Positions 11,173 to 22,787 of a DNA stretch of 64,000 bases are shown here, piece by piece. The position numbers and the translations under genes are program-made. This DNA is from an uncultured delta proteobacterium (lineage in GTDB: Bacteria; Desulfobacterota; BSN033; UBA1163): assembly GCA_963695895.1 (NCBI GenBank), contig CAVOIK010000014.1:6412-70411 (forward strand), in the 5' to 3' direction. A model generated the notes under the pieces. That model was not told where the DNA came from and made no database searches. It saw only the letters and a list, made by a program, of their open reading frames with translations. Numbering within the stretch: the stretch's first letter is position 1; the number at the start of each line of letters is the position of its first letter.

Positions 11173-11403
11173 AACCCCTCAGTTACCGCACAGCACACCT
11201 CGATTCCACGGAGGTTGACCTGCTCACCCGCAGCGGTCCAGTGGCGGATCCTCTTGCGAAGGACTTCACCGCGACCCTGGTAAACCATCGTGCATCAATG
11301 CCCAGAGGCTTAGTTAGGGTCACGTGTAAAACCCCGCCTCTGAAACGCGAGGACGGAGCAGGTCGACCTCCGGGGACAATGGCTGACCGGTAACTGAGGG
11401 TAC
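11173..11403 (-). ncRNA. Unidentified ~230-nt structured element, copy A (homologous to 60682..60916); strand tentative
   Basis: 13-bp perfect closing stem 11176-11188/11388-11400, 17-bp stem 11209-11225/11356-11372, further nested stems; TAGAAT -10-like box 7 nt before the 5' end on the minus strand. Confidence 0.6.
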
Positions 11404-11589
11404 CCGTGTAGCATTCTACCGCATAAAGAGCCATCCGAGACCGGCCTGTCTGTTCTACGAGGTTCATTCTCCCATCACGGAATCAAGAATGCTTCCCTGG
11501 CGGTAGTCCCCAAGCAAATGTTGACAGTGGATGGAGTTCCTCTATATACTTGGAAATCAAACAACCTCAGACAATTCAAGGGGGAAAAT

Positions 11590-13058
11590 ATGGCTGGTTC
11601 AATACCGCCGCTTCCAATTGCCAAAGGGAAAGAAGACATTTCGTTACTGCCCAAGATGGCGAACCGTCATGGCCTGATTGCTGGCGCGACCGGCACGGGT
11701 AAAACAGTATCCCTGCGGGTTCTCGCCGAGCAATTCAGTAGGATAGGGGTTCCGGTCTTCATGGCTGACGTGAAAGGAGATCTTTCGGGGCTACCATTTC
11801 CCGGGGGAGAAAACCCGAAGGTGGTTGAACGGGTTCAGAAACTGGGGCTCAAGGATTTCAAATTTGAAGGTTACCCTGTTGCGTTCTGGGATGTCTTCGG
11901 AGAACAAGGTCATCCTGTTCGCACCACGATCTCGGAAATGGGTCCTCTTCTTCTCAGCCGCATCCTCAGCCTCAACGAAGTCCAGAGCGGAGTGCTCAGC
12001 TTAGTGTTCAAAATCGCCGATGACAACGGCCTTTTGCTCCTCGATCTCAAAGACTTGCGAAGCATGGCCCAGTTCGTAGGGGATAACGCAGACCAATTTA
12101 GGACTCAGTACGGAAATATCTCAGCGGCGAGTGTGGGTGCCATCCAGCGGAACCTTCTCACTCTTGAGGAACAGGGAGGGAATCGATTCTTCGGAGAACC
12201 TGGCTTAAACATTCAAGACTTCATGCAGACCGATGGCAGCGGGAAAGGAATGATCAATATCTTGACCGCTGACCGATTGATGCAGTCTCCGCGGGTCTAT
12301 GCCACGCTCCTTCTTTGGCTCCTTTCCGAGCTCTTTGAGGAACTTCCCGAAGTGGGCGATCCGGAAAAGCCCAAACTGATCTTCTTCTTTGACGAGGCGC
12401 ATCTTCTCTTCGAAGATATTCCCAAGGCCCTGGAGGATAAGATTGAGCAGGTGATTCGCCTCATTCGTTCTAAAGGAATAGGGATCTACTTCGTCACACA
12501 AAACCCCTTGGATCTTCCTTATGTCGTCCTGGGACAGTTGGGGAATCGCGTGCAGCACGCGCTCAGAGCCTTTACTCCCAGGGACCAAAAAACGGTGAAA
12601 GCTGCTGCCGAGACGTTTCGCGCAGACCCCAAGCTCGATGTGGTCAAAACCATCACCGAATTGAGGTGTGGGTGAGGCGCTTGTCTCCTTTTTGGACGAG
12701 AAAGGGGCTCCCACCGTTGTGGAGCGGGCCTTCATCTACCCTCCTCACAGCCGACTGACTCCTCTCAGCTCCTGAAGAACGGAGCCAGATCATTCAGAAG
12801 TCAGTTCTCTACGGTCACTATGAAAAGGTCGTGGACCGAGATTCAGCTTACGAAAGACTGAAGCAAAAGACCGAGCAGATGCAAGCGGAGGAACAAGAAG
12901 CCGCAGCCGCTAAAGCACGCAAGGCCGCCCCAAGATCTCAGACCACGGATCTAGTGACAGCGGCAGCCAAGAGTGCAGCCCATGCCATCGGTAGCCAGAT
13001 CGGCCGGCAGATCATTCGGGGTGTTTTAGGATCCTTGTTCGGAGGCCGGAAGCGTTAG
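11590..13058 (+). CDS. DUF853/YjgR HerA-like ATPase; frameshifts near 12665 and 12775
   Basis: [54 protein letters not shown]. Confidence 0.9.
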
Positions 13059-13603
13059 GTTAAGGGATAGGGTAATTCCTCAAGTGTGAAAAAACGGGTC
13101 TCCATTGCTCTTAGCTCCTTCAGGATGGCGGCTGTCCCAAAGAAGGGTGCTAAGGTGACGATCTACTATGTCATGAAAGCGACCAAGATTGAAGCGAAGT
13201 AGGAGGCAAAGAAGGAGCCGGAAGAAGTATTCGAATCGCTTTCAGTATCATTTAAAGATAGGGTGGCAGCTTCGTGAATGTATGGGGCTGCCATCTTTTT
13301 TTGAGCTCTACGCTACACTCCCCTCTATTGGTTCTTTACAGCCACTCCACTCGTTGTCGTTTTGCCAACCGTTTGTTTCACGGGCAGGGCGAGCTTTGAC
13401 TGCCCTACCTTAGCTGCCTGACCTTCGCTTTTGACAACCCTCTTTATTCTTCCTAAGTATTTAAAATTAATTAAGAAACTGACCACATTCCATTTGAATT
13501 TTAGAATAAAAAAGAGGATGCCCTCGTCTAAACAGGTGAATAAGGAGGATCGAAAATGAGAGTCATCAACCTAAACAAAGGGGCTCAAAAAGGAGGGCCA
13601 AAA

Positions 13604-15599
13604 ATGAAAACGCTAAAGCTTATGATTCTAATTTCGCTTCTTATCTTTTTGCCGGGATACGGGTTTTCGTATTCTCTTGAGAATTTACGGATCAGTTTGA
13701 TCGACGGTGACGTCCAGATCAATACGGAGGACACGGGCGATTGGGTTCCAGCCTCGATCAATATGCCTCTGAGGGATGGCGACCGTGTCTGGGTTCCTGA
13801 ACAAGGAAGGACGGAACTCGAACTGATAGAAGGAACATTGCTGAGACTCGATCAGGAGTCTGCACTGGAGATTCTCACCGTTGAGAAGAACTCATCCCAA
13901 TTCTATCTGACGGAAGGCCGTGCATACGCCAATTTCACAGGAAGTCGAGGAAGTCTCTTGCAGATCGACACACCCCTGTCTTCCGTGAGGGCCTATGACA
14001 GAGCAGATTTCCGGATCGATGTGAACCGAAGCGGTCAAACAACTATTTCTGTGTACCGGGGTCTTGTCTATGCCGAAAGCCAGAGTGGCAAGACAAGAGT
14101 CGAGGCGGGGAACGCGCTTTCTGTGGCCGAAAGGAATTATGCAGAGCTTTTTCCCCTGGGGCCGGCCGATGAATGGGAGAGATGGAACAAGAACAGAGAT
14201 CGCCAACTCGCACAGCGAAAGCCTCCTTCTCGCTATCTTCCTGAGGAACTGCGTGGCTATTCGAACGATCTGGAGGAGAACGGGACATGGACCTACGCCA
14301 GGGAATACGGTTATGTCTGGAGACCCAGTGTCGTTGTGTCTGCGGGATGGGCTCCCTATCAAGTCGGCCGTTGGGTGTGGATGGCTGGCGATTATGTATG
14401 GGTTTCTTATGAGCCCTGGGGCTGGATGCCTTACCACTATGGAAGGTGGGCTTTTGTGGTGTCGTTGGGATGGTGCTGGGTTCCTCCGGTTCACGGAGCC
14501 ATCTACTGGGGTCCTGGATTCGTGGGATGGGTCTATACACCCACCTATGTGGCCTGGGTACCTCTGGCTCCAGGAGAAATCTACTACGGCCATGGTTATT
14601 ACGGCCCCCACAGCGTCAACATCACGAACGTAAATGTCACGAACATTTATGTTAACAACACAGCCTACAAGAACGTCCATGTTCATAAGGCCGTGACGGT
14701 AGTTCATCACGATACATTTGTCAATGGGAGACACAAGTACGTTGAAGCAAAGGAAAACCTCTTTCTGTCGAAGGAGGCCCATTCTGGGAGACCCAATACT
14801 ACGCCAGACAAGAACATGGCGAGGCCAGTGGTGCGAGAGATTGCTGAAATCAAGAAACCTCCTCAAACGGTCAGGCAGATTCAGGTGAAGGAATTGAAAG
14901 AGAAACGCCCGTTAGTGAAGGAAAAGGAAGCATCTGTGTTCAAGCCGGGAGCACCGCCAAAAGAAATGTTGCTTAAGCGGGTTGAGAGAAAGGAAGTGGA
15001 GCAGCCGAAAGAAATCAAACAGCCAGAGAAAGGGAAAGAAAGTACACCAACGAACCGTCCCCGTACCGCTGAACCCGAAAAGCCAGGGAAAGCGACATCG
15101 GCAGACGGAAAGACGCAAAATTCGAGCCTCTTCAGATCACAAGAGCGGGTGACAACCGGGAATGCGGAGAGAAGCACAGAAAGTAACGTAAACAAAAACA
15201 CGGAGAAACGTGAAACGACTAAGCCCACACAAAAAGAAGTGGAAAAACCCAAAGCCTATCAGCCTGTGCAGAAAGCGGTGGAGGAGCGGCGAGAAGACAA
15301 GCCTCTCGTCAGGGAAGTGCAGAGATCTCAAGAGGCTCGACCCGTGGAAAGAGAACGGGAAAGCAAAAGAGAACGTCCTCACCGAAAGAAACCTTGAGAC
15401 AAGCCGCGCATCGAGTGGAGCGGAGCAAGGAATGCAGAGCAACAGAAACTTCGCATCTCCAGAAGGAGGAGCAAAGGCAACGCCTTCAGTAACTCAATAT
15501 AGCCGAGAAACGAAGGAGCCTAAGGCAACGAAGAAAGAATCTCAACAAACTCAGGGATCAAGAATTTCAGCAAGAGAAACAGGAAAACCTTTACTGTAG
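13604..15599 (+). CDS. FecR-like + DUF6600 exported protein with charged low-complexity tail (ORF track stops at 15397; tail probably continues to 15599 after a frameshift)
   Basis: Signal peptide, WVPASINMPLRDGDRVW, Trp-rich PWGWMPYHYGRW and AWVPLAPGE motifs. Confidence 0.8.
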
Positions 15600-15625
15600 A
15601 TAAAGGATTCTCAATTCCGACGACG

Positions 15626-15668
15626 AGAGGGGAAAATCGACTGCACGGTTTTCCCCTCTTTGTTTTTT
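15626..15668 (+). terminator. Intrinsic terminator
   Basis: agaggggaaaatcg/cggttttcccctct stem followed by a T-rich tract. Confidence 0.75.
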
Positions 15669-15818
15669 CAAAGGTGCAATAAGCCAGCATGAAAAGCTCT
15701 GCAATAAGTTTCTATTCGATGTTGAAGATTTGAAGATTAGTTATACCTGCACGGATTATGACAGGTCGATCTGTGTAAAGTCGTGATCATTGACGATACT
15801 TGGGGACAATGATGGTAT

Positions 15819-15834
15819 TGGCATATTCGTTGCA
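15819..15834 (+). promoter_or_regulatory. Sigma54 -24/-12 promoter
   Basis: TGGCATATTCGTTGCA matches TGGCAC-N5-TTGCA (GG-N10-GC), 27 nt before ATG 15862 and its GGAGG RBS. Confidence 0.7.
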
Positions 15835-15861
15835 CATTTACGGTCCCGAAGGAGGACGGCT

Positions 15862-17584
15862 ATGAAGAAAATGAGGCGACTAATGATCGGGCTTATGGGT
15901 GCATTAGTTATGTCATGCTTTGTTTGTTTCAGGTCAGGCTATCCCGTCTCAGGCTGAGGCGAAACTGGTTGAAAGTCCTCCGCTGCTCTTGCGAATTTTG
16001 GATCTTCGGTCTCAAGCAGTGGGAATATGGTCGTCGTCGGAGTCCCAGGCCATGAGGGCTACAAGGGTGCAGCCTATGTTTACAGGTTGAACGGCACCGT
16101 CTGGGAGCTAGCCGCAGAGCTTACTGCAGGGGATGGCGCCGAATATGATTTCTTTGGGCAGGCTGTTTCCATCAGCGCGAACACGGTCGTCGTGGGCGCA
16201 CCCAACAATAGTGCGACAGTCAATAGTGTAACAATACCCTATTCTGGTGCTGCCTACGTCTTCAAGAACAACGGCAGTCTGTGGGAACTAAGAGCAAAGC
16301 TGACGGCTTCGGATGCTGCGACGTCTGATGGTTTCGGTGTGTCTGTTTCCACCAGTGGCAACACGATCGTCGTCGGTAGCCCAGGGCAAGGGGATATGGA
16401 TTCAGGGTGCAGCGTATGTTTATGCTCTTAACGGCACCCGTTGGGAACAGATCGCAAAGCTTCCGCAAGCCCCGGTAGACTTCAGCAACTTTGGACAGTC
16501 TGTGTCGATCAGCGGTGATATGATCGTTGTCGGAGCTCCTTATCGATACAGCTCATGACGGAACCTCTTATGCAGGCGCAGCGTATGTATTTAAACATGA
16601 CAGCACTGGATGGGTACAGATGGAAAAGCTGACCGCAAGTACAGGCGATGCCGACATGTGGGACGGTTTTGGATTTTCCGTCTCTGTCAGTGGCAATACG
16701 GTGGCCATCGGTGCTCCCTGGGATGACGGTATCACGGGCGCGGCCTATGTGTTTGCGCTTAACGGTACCCTTGGGCAACAGATGGCAAAGTTCCCGTTAG
16801 AAGGCGTCGGGAGTTATAGTTACTTCGGACAGTCGGTTGCCGTTAGCGGAGACACGATCGTCGTCGGTGCCTACGATGATGACGTTACCGATGGTCCTAC
16901 AAATTCGGGCGCAGCTTACCTTTTCAGAGCTGAAGGGACGGAATGGATAGTGGAAAAGGTAACTGCAAGCGATGCCGCTGGAGATGACGGTTTCGGATTC
17001 TCCGTTTCTATCAGTGGTGATACGGTCATCGTTGGAGCTCCTTGGGAAGAAGATGGAAGTAGTGAAGTGAGTCAAGTCATGAGTGCTGGTGCAGCCTATG
17101 TCTTCACATTAGAGAGGGGAATCAACAGAGCTTTTCGTGGACATCAGGCCCTGGTTCCTGTGTCAATCCACTCAATCCAAAGAGCCAGGGTGTACTGCCC
17201 GTGGCCATCCTGGGAACCGAGGATTTCGATGTGAAGACGATAGACCCGAGAAGCATCCGGCTGTCCCGTGAAGGAGCGGATGGTGAAGTTGCGCCCATCC
17301 GTGGTCACTACGGGGACGTGGGTAAACCGAACCAGTGTGAACCGGAGAGTCCGACGTGTTACGACTCTCTGCGCGATGGCTACAAGGACCTGATACTGAT
17401 GTTCAAAACTCAGGAACTGGTCAAAGCCTTGGAGCTCTGGGACGTGGCTGGAGAAACGGTCACGCTGACCTTAGCCGCTAACCTCAAAGAGGAATTCGGT
17501 GGCACAGCTGTCAGCGCTCAGGACGATATAAAAGTCTTAGGCAAGAAGCCCAAGCCAAAACCCCCTAAGAAACCAAAGAAATAA
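15862..17584 (+). CDS. Secreted FG-GAP repeat (integrin-like beta-propeller) protein with C-terminal PVAILG domain; several frameshifts
   Basis: About 6-7 repeats of FG.SVS.SG.T.VVGAP...GAAYVF spread over four ORFs; C-terminal DI.PGS..NPLNP..GVLPVAILG...DGYKDL. Confidence 0.8.
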
Positions 17585-17619
17585 CCCTGGTAAAAGGCCG
17601 CTGTAAATCAAACAACGAC

Positions 17620-17658
17620 AAGGGGAAATCCATTCGAACGGATTTCCCCTTTTTCTTT
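17620..17658 (+). terminator. Intrinsic terminator
   Basis: aaggggaaatcc/ggatttcccctt stem + T tract. Confidence 0.75.
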
Positions 17659-17785
17659 AGAAAATCCGCCCCACGGTTTGTTGCCCTCTGATCTCACCAA
17701 GAGCCCTCGACCTCGCTTTCTTCTGTTCCAAACTAAACCGTTTAGTGTATAATGAAGAACCGCTTAAAATAGAGGAGATTGATCT

Positions 17786-18973
17786 ATGAAAGACGGTCTA
17801 TTCAAAGAGCTGCAAGAAGGTATTCAGGAAAAGTGGCTTGCCCAAACCCTACGCGAGATGATTCTCATCCGGAGCGAAAACCCGTTCGATGATCCCCCGT
17901 CTCCTGGCTCCCGAGAAAAGGAGATGGCAGAGTATCTGATGGATCACATGTCTCGGTTAGGCCTTCGGGTTGAGGCAAAAGAGGTGAAGCCCTCAAGACC
18001 CAACGTCTTCGGTCACCTCCCAGGAAGCGAGGGAACATTCACACTCATGCTGGCAGGACACATGGATACAGCCCGGACAACCGGCTATCCCGGGGCCTAT
18101 GACGTCAAGGTCGAGGACGGCAAGATGTATGGCCGTGGATCCTGCGATATGAAGGCAGCGCTGGCCGCTTATCTGGCAGTGGTTAAGGTGTTGAAAGAGG
18201 CGAACGTTCGGTTGAAGGGAAACCTCATTGTGTGCGGAAACATCGATGAGGAATACCAGATGCTAGGCTCCAAGACCATTGGCCAGTACGGGCCGAAAGC
18301 TCACCAAGGGATTATTGGCGAGCCTACGAACCTCCAGATCTGCCCCTGCAGCAAAGGAAGAGTGAGTGCGAAGATTATCACTCGGGGCCAAGCTGCCCAT
18401 TCGAGTGTCCCCGAGAAGGGTGTCAATGCAATCGCCCACATGGCCAAGATTATCCAGGGCTTCGAAGGATACAACGAAGAACTCCTCTCCCGTCCCCCTC
18501 ACCCTCTTTGTGGCCACGGGCGGTTCATTCCGGGTGTGATCCATGGAGGTGTGCAGGTGAACATGGTCCCCGATTATTGTGAACTGGAAGTGGATCGCCG
18601 AACGCTTCCGAATGAAACGAAAGAAAAGGTTTATCAGGAATTTCACGGACGCATCCGCAGGGTGGTTCAAGAGAACCCAGAGCTCGTTTACGAAATTACT
18701 GAACCGACGTGGCTGATTGCTCCGAATGACATCTCTCCGCAGGAACCCGTGGTTCAGGCGCTGCGAGCAGCCCATCTGGCGATCAACGGTAACGATCCGG
18801 GGGTACAAGCCTTCGTCGCCGGCTCGGATGCTCCTTACATGGGATTTCCAACAGTGATCTGCGGCCCGGGATCGATTGCCCAGGCTCACACCACGTGCGA
18901 ATTCGTGGAATTGAAAGAGGTTGTGACTGCCGCGAAGATCTATCTCCATGTGATACTTCAGCTTCTGAGCTAA
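17786..18973 (+). CDS. M20 family metallopeptidase/amidohydrolase (ArgE/DapE-like)
   Basis: LAGHMDT, YGRGSCDMK, DEE, GPGSIAQAHT. Confidence 0.9.
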   Translation: MKDGLFKELQEGIQEKWLAQTLREMILIRSENPFDDPPSPGSREKEMAEYLMDHMSRLGLRVEAKEVKPSRPNVFGHLPGSEGTFTLMLAGHMDTARTTGYPGAYDVKVEDGKMYGRGSCDMKAALAAYLAVVKVLKEANVRLKGNLIVCGNIDEEYQMLGSKTIGQYGPKAHQGIIGEPTNLQICPCSKGRVSAKIITRGQAAHSSVPEKGVNAIAHMAKIIQGFEGYNEELLSRPPHPLCGHGRFIPGVIHGGVQVNMVPDYCELEVDRRTLPNETKEKVYQEFHGRIRRVVQENPELVYEITEPTWLIAPNDISPQEPVVQALRAAHLAINGNDPGVQAFVAGSDAPYMGFPTVICGPGSIAQAHTTCEFVELKEVVTAAKIYLHVILQLLS

Positions 18974-19108
18974 CGCACGGACCGATGGGGTGTTTTTGAG
19001 CCTCATGATCTTAGAGGATTTGTCCATGAGTGACTGAGCATCTTGATAAGATCTAAGAAGGTCGGTTAATGAATAGAAAACAATCTATATTCGGACGGAG
19101 TTAAATCA

Positions 19109-19720
19109 ATGGATATTCGGAAGCGCATGTCAGAAATCATTGCCTGCCAAGCAAAAGTCATCGCAGGGATCAAGGTCACGTCTGAGTTTGAAGCAGCAGT
19201 TCATGCCCTCCGTGCGTGTCGAGGCAAAGTGATTACGACAGGCATGGGCAAGGCGGGGATTATCGCAAGGAAATTCGCATCCACTCTCTGTTCAACGGCA
19301 ACTCCTGCAAGCTTTGTACACCCCAGTGAGGCAGCTCACGGCGATCTTGGATTGATGGATGAGAGGGACAGCATCGTAGCCTTCTCGACGAGCGGCAAGA
19401 CAAACGAAGTGATCGAGATGTTGGAGCTAAGCCGACATCTCGGTGTCAAGACGATCATCGGGATTACATCACACCCTGACTCGAAGTTGAGGAAAGTGAG
19501 TGATATCGTGGTGGATATGGGTGCTATTGAAGAACCCTGTTCTCTGGGCCTAACCCCCACCGCAAGCACTGCAGTCATGCTGGTCATCGGTGATGCCATT
19601 GCCCTGACGTTGATGGAACTGAAAGGCGTGACCCGCGAGGATTTTGGACTTCGCCACCACGGAGGATACCTCGGCCGCAAGACACGAACTGACAACGTTC
19701 CTCATGACAAAGACACATAA
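19109..19720 (+). CDS. SIS-domain sugar phosphate isomerase (KpsF/GutQ-like, no CBS pair)
   Basis: TGMGKAG, HPSEAAHGDLG, LTPTAST, HHGGYLG. Confidence 0.85.
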   Translation: MDIRKRMSEIIACQAKVIAGIKVTSEFEAAVHALRACRGKVITTGMGKAGIIARKFASTLCSTATPASFVHPSEAAHGDLGLMDERDSIVAFSTSGKTNEVIEMLELSRHLGVKTIIGITSHPDSKLRKVSDIVVDMGAIEEPCSLGLTPTASTAVMLVIGDAIALTLMELKGVTREDFGLRHHGGYLGRKTRTDNVPHDKDT

Positions 19721-19862
19721 TCCTTTTTTCTCCCAACGAATCTGCAAACGTTGTCACGTTTCTCCTTCGCAATGACCCAGCCTGACGAGTTACGCCTGAT
19801 CAGTCTTCGGGAGTCAAGGGTCCCCTTTTCAAAACCGAGTGTTTATGATATGAGTGCCCAGT

Positions 19863-20519
19863 ATGGAACCAGAGAACAGGGAAATTCTCTTGCGAGGGGC
19901 AGAGGCTTTTGGGATCGATCTGGCTGAAGGGGCCATTCTGGCCTTCGACATTTACCTCAGGGAGCTTCTCAAGTGGAACCAAAAGATCAACCTCACCGCC
20001 ATCCGAACAGAGAAGGGGGTCGTCATAAAACATTTTCTTGACTCCCTTTCTGTTTGCTCTCACATTCCGGGTCACACCTCGCTCCTCGATGTCGGATCCG
20101 GTGCAGGGTTCCCAGGGATTCCTTTGAAGATGGTCCAGACGTCCCTTCAGGTCACCCTGATCGACTCGGTTCGGAAGAAGGTCGACTTCCAGAAGCATAT
20201 TGTTCGCCTTCTCGGCCTGAGAGGAATTGAAGCGGTTCACGGTCGTGTACAAGAAGAAGAGGTTGTTCAGGAGATGGTTGAACGATTTGACATGACCATT
20301 TCGAGAGCGTTTTCAGATACAGCCACCTTTCTCCACCTCAGTCATCTTTTGCTGAAAAGAGGAGGGATGGCTATTGCGATGAGGGGAAAGACAACGGAGG
20401 AAGAGTTTCAGAGGCTTTCAAAGGAAGAGGGGCGACGGTACCGATTGCAGAAACATGTCTCTTTTGTTCTTCCTTTCAGCAACTTTGAAAGGACGATTCT
20501 GCTGTTTGAGAAGCAGTAA
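19863..20519 (+). CDS. rsmG: 16S rRNA m7G527 methyltransferase
   Basis: WNQKINLTAI, HFLDSL, DVGSGAGFPGIPL, SRAF; directly upstream of parA. Confidence 0.95.
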   Translation: MEPENREILLRGAEAFGIDLAEGAILAFDIYLRELLKWNQKINLTAIRTEKGVVIKHFLDSLSVCSHIPGHTSLLDVGSGAGFPGIPLKMVQTSLQVTLIDSVRKKVDFQKHIVRLLGLRGIEAVHGRVQEEEVVQEMVERFDMTISRAFSDTATFLHLSHLLLKRGGMAIAMRGKTTEEEFQRLSKEEGRRYRLQKHVSFVLPFSNFERTILLFEKQ

Positions 20520-20593
20520 GCTTTTGCTCAAAGAATCTCTTTCAACCCTATTTCTTTTGTGCTATATAATAATGACTAAAAGCGACGTCAGGA

Positions 20594-21379
20594 ATGTTGA
20601 TCGTGGCAAGAGTGATCTGTATTGCCAATCAAAAGGGAGGGGTTGGGAAGACAACCACCGCCATCAACCTGTCTGCTTCCATAGCGGTTGCCGAGAAAAA
20701 GGTCCTTCTCATTGACATCGACCCTCAGGGAAATTCGACGAGCGGTTTGGGCCTCAGGAAAGAGAAGTCGGCAGAGACCATCTATCAGGCTCTGATTCAA
20801 GGAGCTGGGTTGAAAGCGGTCATTCTGAAGACCTCTCTCCCCTGCCTGGATGTCGCTCCTTCCAATACGGATCTGATTGGTGCCGAGGTCGAGCTCATTC
20901 AGGAGAAGGATCGGGAGAAGAAGCTGGGGCAGGTGATCCAGGAGGTGGTGGAAGACTATGATTACATTTTCATTGATTGTCCCCCTTCGCTTGGGTTACT
21001 CACGATCAATTCCTTGACTGCTTCCGACTCCGTCATCATTCCGCTTCAATGTGAATACTATGCGATGGAAGGGTTGACCCAGCTTCTGAAGACGATCCAT
21101 CTCATCAAACAGGCCTTCAACCCTCGGTTGCAGATCGAGGGAATCCTCTTGACAATGTTCGATGGTCGGAATAATCTTGCCCATCAGGTTGTTGAAGAGG
21201 TGAGAAACCATTTCAAGGACAAAGTGTTCAAAACAATGATTCCACGGAATATCCGACTGAGTGAAGCCCCAAGCTTTGGAAAGCCGGTCTTGTTGTATGA
21301 CATTCACTCAAGAGGTGCGGAGAGTTACTTAGACTTAGCCAGAGAAATTCTAGCCAATGGGAAGATCAATGACAGCTAA
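20594..21379 (+). CDS. parA: Chromosome partitioning ATPase
   Basis: [37 protein letters not shown]. Confidence 0.96.
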   Translation: MLIVARVICIANQKGGVGKTTTAINLSASIAVAEKKVLLIDIDPQGNSTSGLGLRKEKSAETIYQALIQGAGLKAVILKTSLPCLDVAPSNTDLIGAEVELIQEKDREKKLGQVIQEVVEDYDYIFIDCPPSLGLLTINSLTASDSVIIPLQCEYYAMEGLTQLLKTIHLIKQAFNPRLQIEGILLTMFDGRNNLAHQVVEEVRNHFKDKVFKTMIPRNIRLSEAPSFGKPVLLYDIHSRGAESYLDLAREILANGKINDS

Positions 21380-22244
21380 ACGAACCGCTCTTGGAAAAGG
21401 CCTTGCAGCCCTCATCCCTGATCTAGGTGAGGATGAAAGAAAAGGGCTCCTCTATTGTGGGATCGAAGAGATTATTCCCAACCGCTCTCAGCCCAGAAAG
21501 CGTTTTGACGAGTGGAAACTTGAGGAACTCGCCGAATCGATAAGAGAGAAGGGGATTCTGGAGCCTCTGGTTGTTCGAAGGGTCAACGGGGGATATGAGA
21601 TCATTGTGGGCGAGCGGCGTTGGCGAGCCGCTCAAAAGGCCGGTCTCAAGGAGATTCCGGTGGTCGTCAGGGAGGCCCAGGACCGGGAGGCCTTAGAGAT
21701 TTCCCTCATCGAGAACCTCCAGCGGGAGAATCTGAACCCCGTGGAAGAGGCCGAAGGCTTCCGGCGTCTGGCCGAGGAGTTTGGGCTGCACCAAGAGGAG
21801 CTGGCGAAGCGGATTGGAAAGAATCGGACCACGATTGCCAATGCCCTCCGTCTTCTCAAACTTCCCCAGGAGGTGATTGAGCACCTCCTGCAGAGTCGGA
21901 TCACCGCAGGACATGCCCGGGCCATCCTGAGTATCGAGGTTAAGGAAAGACAGAAGGAACTCTGCCAGCTCATCGTTCAGAAGGGCCTATCCGTGAGACA
22001 GGCAGAGGGTCTCGCGAAACGGTGGTCGAAGAAACCGAAGAAGGCCGCGACTCCCGAAAAAGGGAAGAGAGAACTGACGAGTCAACTCAATACGCTTCAG
22101 GATACGCTAAGGCGACACTTGGCAACGAAAGTCCACATAGCTGCCAAGGGGAAGAAAGGGAAAGTCGAAATTGAGTACTATTCTTTTGAAGACCTAGAAC
22201 GAATCGTCGAGACCATTCTGGGAGACAAGAGGGGAAAAGCATGA
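21369..22244 (+). CDS. parB: Chromosome partitioning protein
   Basis: [27 protein letters not shown] and HTH. Confidence 0.96.
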   Translation: MTAKRTALGKGLAALIPDLGEDERKGLLYCGIEEIIPNRSQPRKRFDEWKLEELAESIREKGILEPLVVRRVNGGYEIIVGERRWRAAQKAGLKEIPVVVREAQDREALEISLIENLQRENLNPVEEAEGFRRLAEEFGLHQEELAKRIGKNRTTIANALRLLKLPQEVIEHLLQSRITAGHARAILSIEVKERQKELCQLIVQKGLSVRQAEGLAKRWSKKPKKAATPEKGKRELTSQLNTLQDTLRRHLATKVHIAAKGKKGKVEIEYYSFEDLERIVETILGDKRGKA

Positions 22245-22310
22245 CCCATGGGATCAACGCTCGATGCCGTTGGGATGCCATGCCCTCCATCCCCTTAAGG
22301 AGGAAGACCG

Positions 22311-22730
22311 ATGTTCACCAAAGGTAATGGAAAAGTACCTTCTCCTTCGGAAGAAATCAGTGCCTTTCTGGGGAAGGAGACCGTTTTTGAGGGAAAGATG
22401 ACCTTTCAGGGGGTGTTCAGACTCGATGGGAAGTTTGAGGGGGAGATCTTTGACAGTGGATCCTTAGTGATCGGTGAAACAGCCCTCGTCAAAGGAAAAA
22501 TTGAGGTCAAGACAGTGGTCGTCCATGGAGTCATCGAGGGAGATGTTCACGCCGGGGTTCGCGCAGAGATTCATCCCACCGGTAAGATCCACGGGAATTT
22601 GGCTACGCCCATCCTTTTGATCAACGAAGGAGGGATCTTTGAGGGCAACTGCAAAATGGATCGAGTGACTGGTCAGAAGGAGAATACGGACCCTCAGTCT
22701 CCGAGAGAAGAACGGTCTCTTTCGGACTAA
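22311..22730 (+). CDS. Bactofilin (polymer-forming cytoskeletal protein)
   Basis: Beta-helix repeats FEGKM..RLDGKFEGEI...EGGIFEGNCKM. Confidence 0.88.
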   Translation: MFTKGNGKVPSPSEEISAFLGKETVFEGKMTFQGVFRLDGKFEGEIFDSGSLVIGETALVKGKIEVKTVVVHGVIEGDVHAGVRAEIHPTGKIHGNLATPILLINEGGIFEGNCKMDRVTGQKENTDPQSPREERSLSD

Positions 22731-22787
22731 GACATGGGGGAAAATGATTGACAGCCGCCTTTGTGTATGTTAGGTAGAACTCGTTTT

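Noticed and set aside
12655-12700. Selenocysteine or programmed readthrough at the TGA in the DUF853 gene
   Set aside because: A +1 insertion explains it (TEL-GVGEALV continues in another frame); no SECIS-like hairpin is needed.
13070-13430. Possible gene or riboswitch between the DUF853 and DUF6600 genes
   Set aside because: Only short peptide-like debris (e.g. KKGAKVTIYYVMKATKIEAK) and one weak hairpin; no start/RBS and no match to c-di-GMP or other aptamer consensus.
20594-22244. parS site near parAB
   Set aside because: No TGTTTCACGTGAAACA-like palindrome was found by eye.
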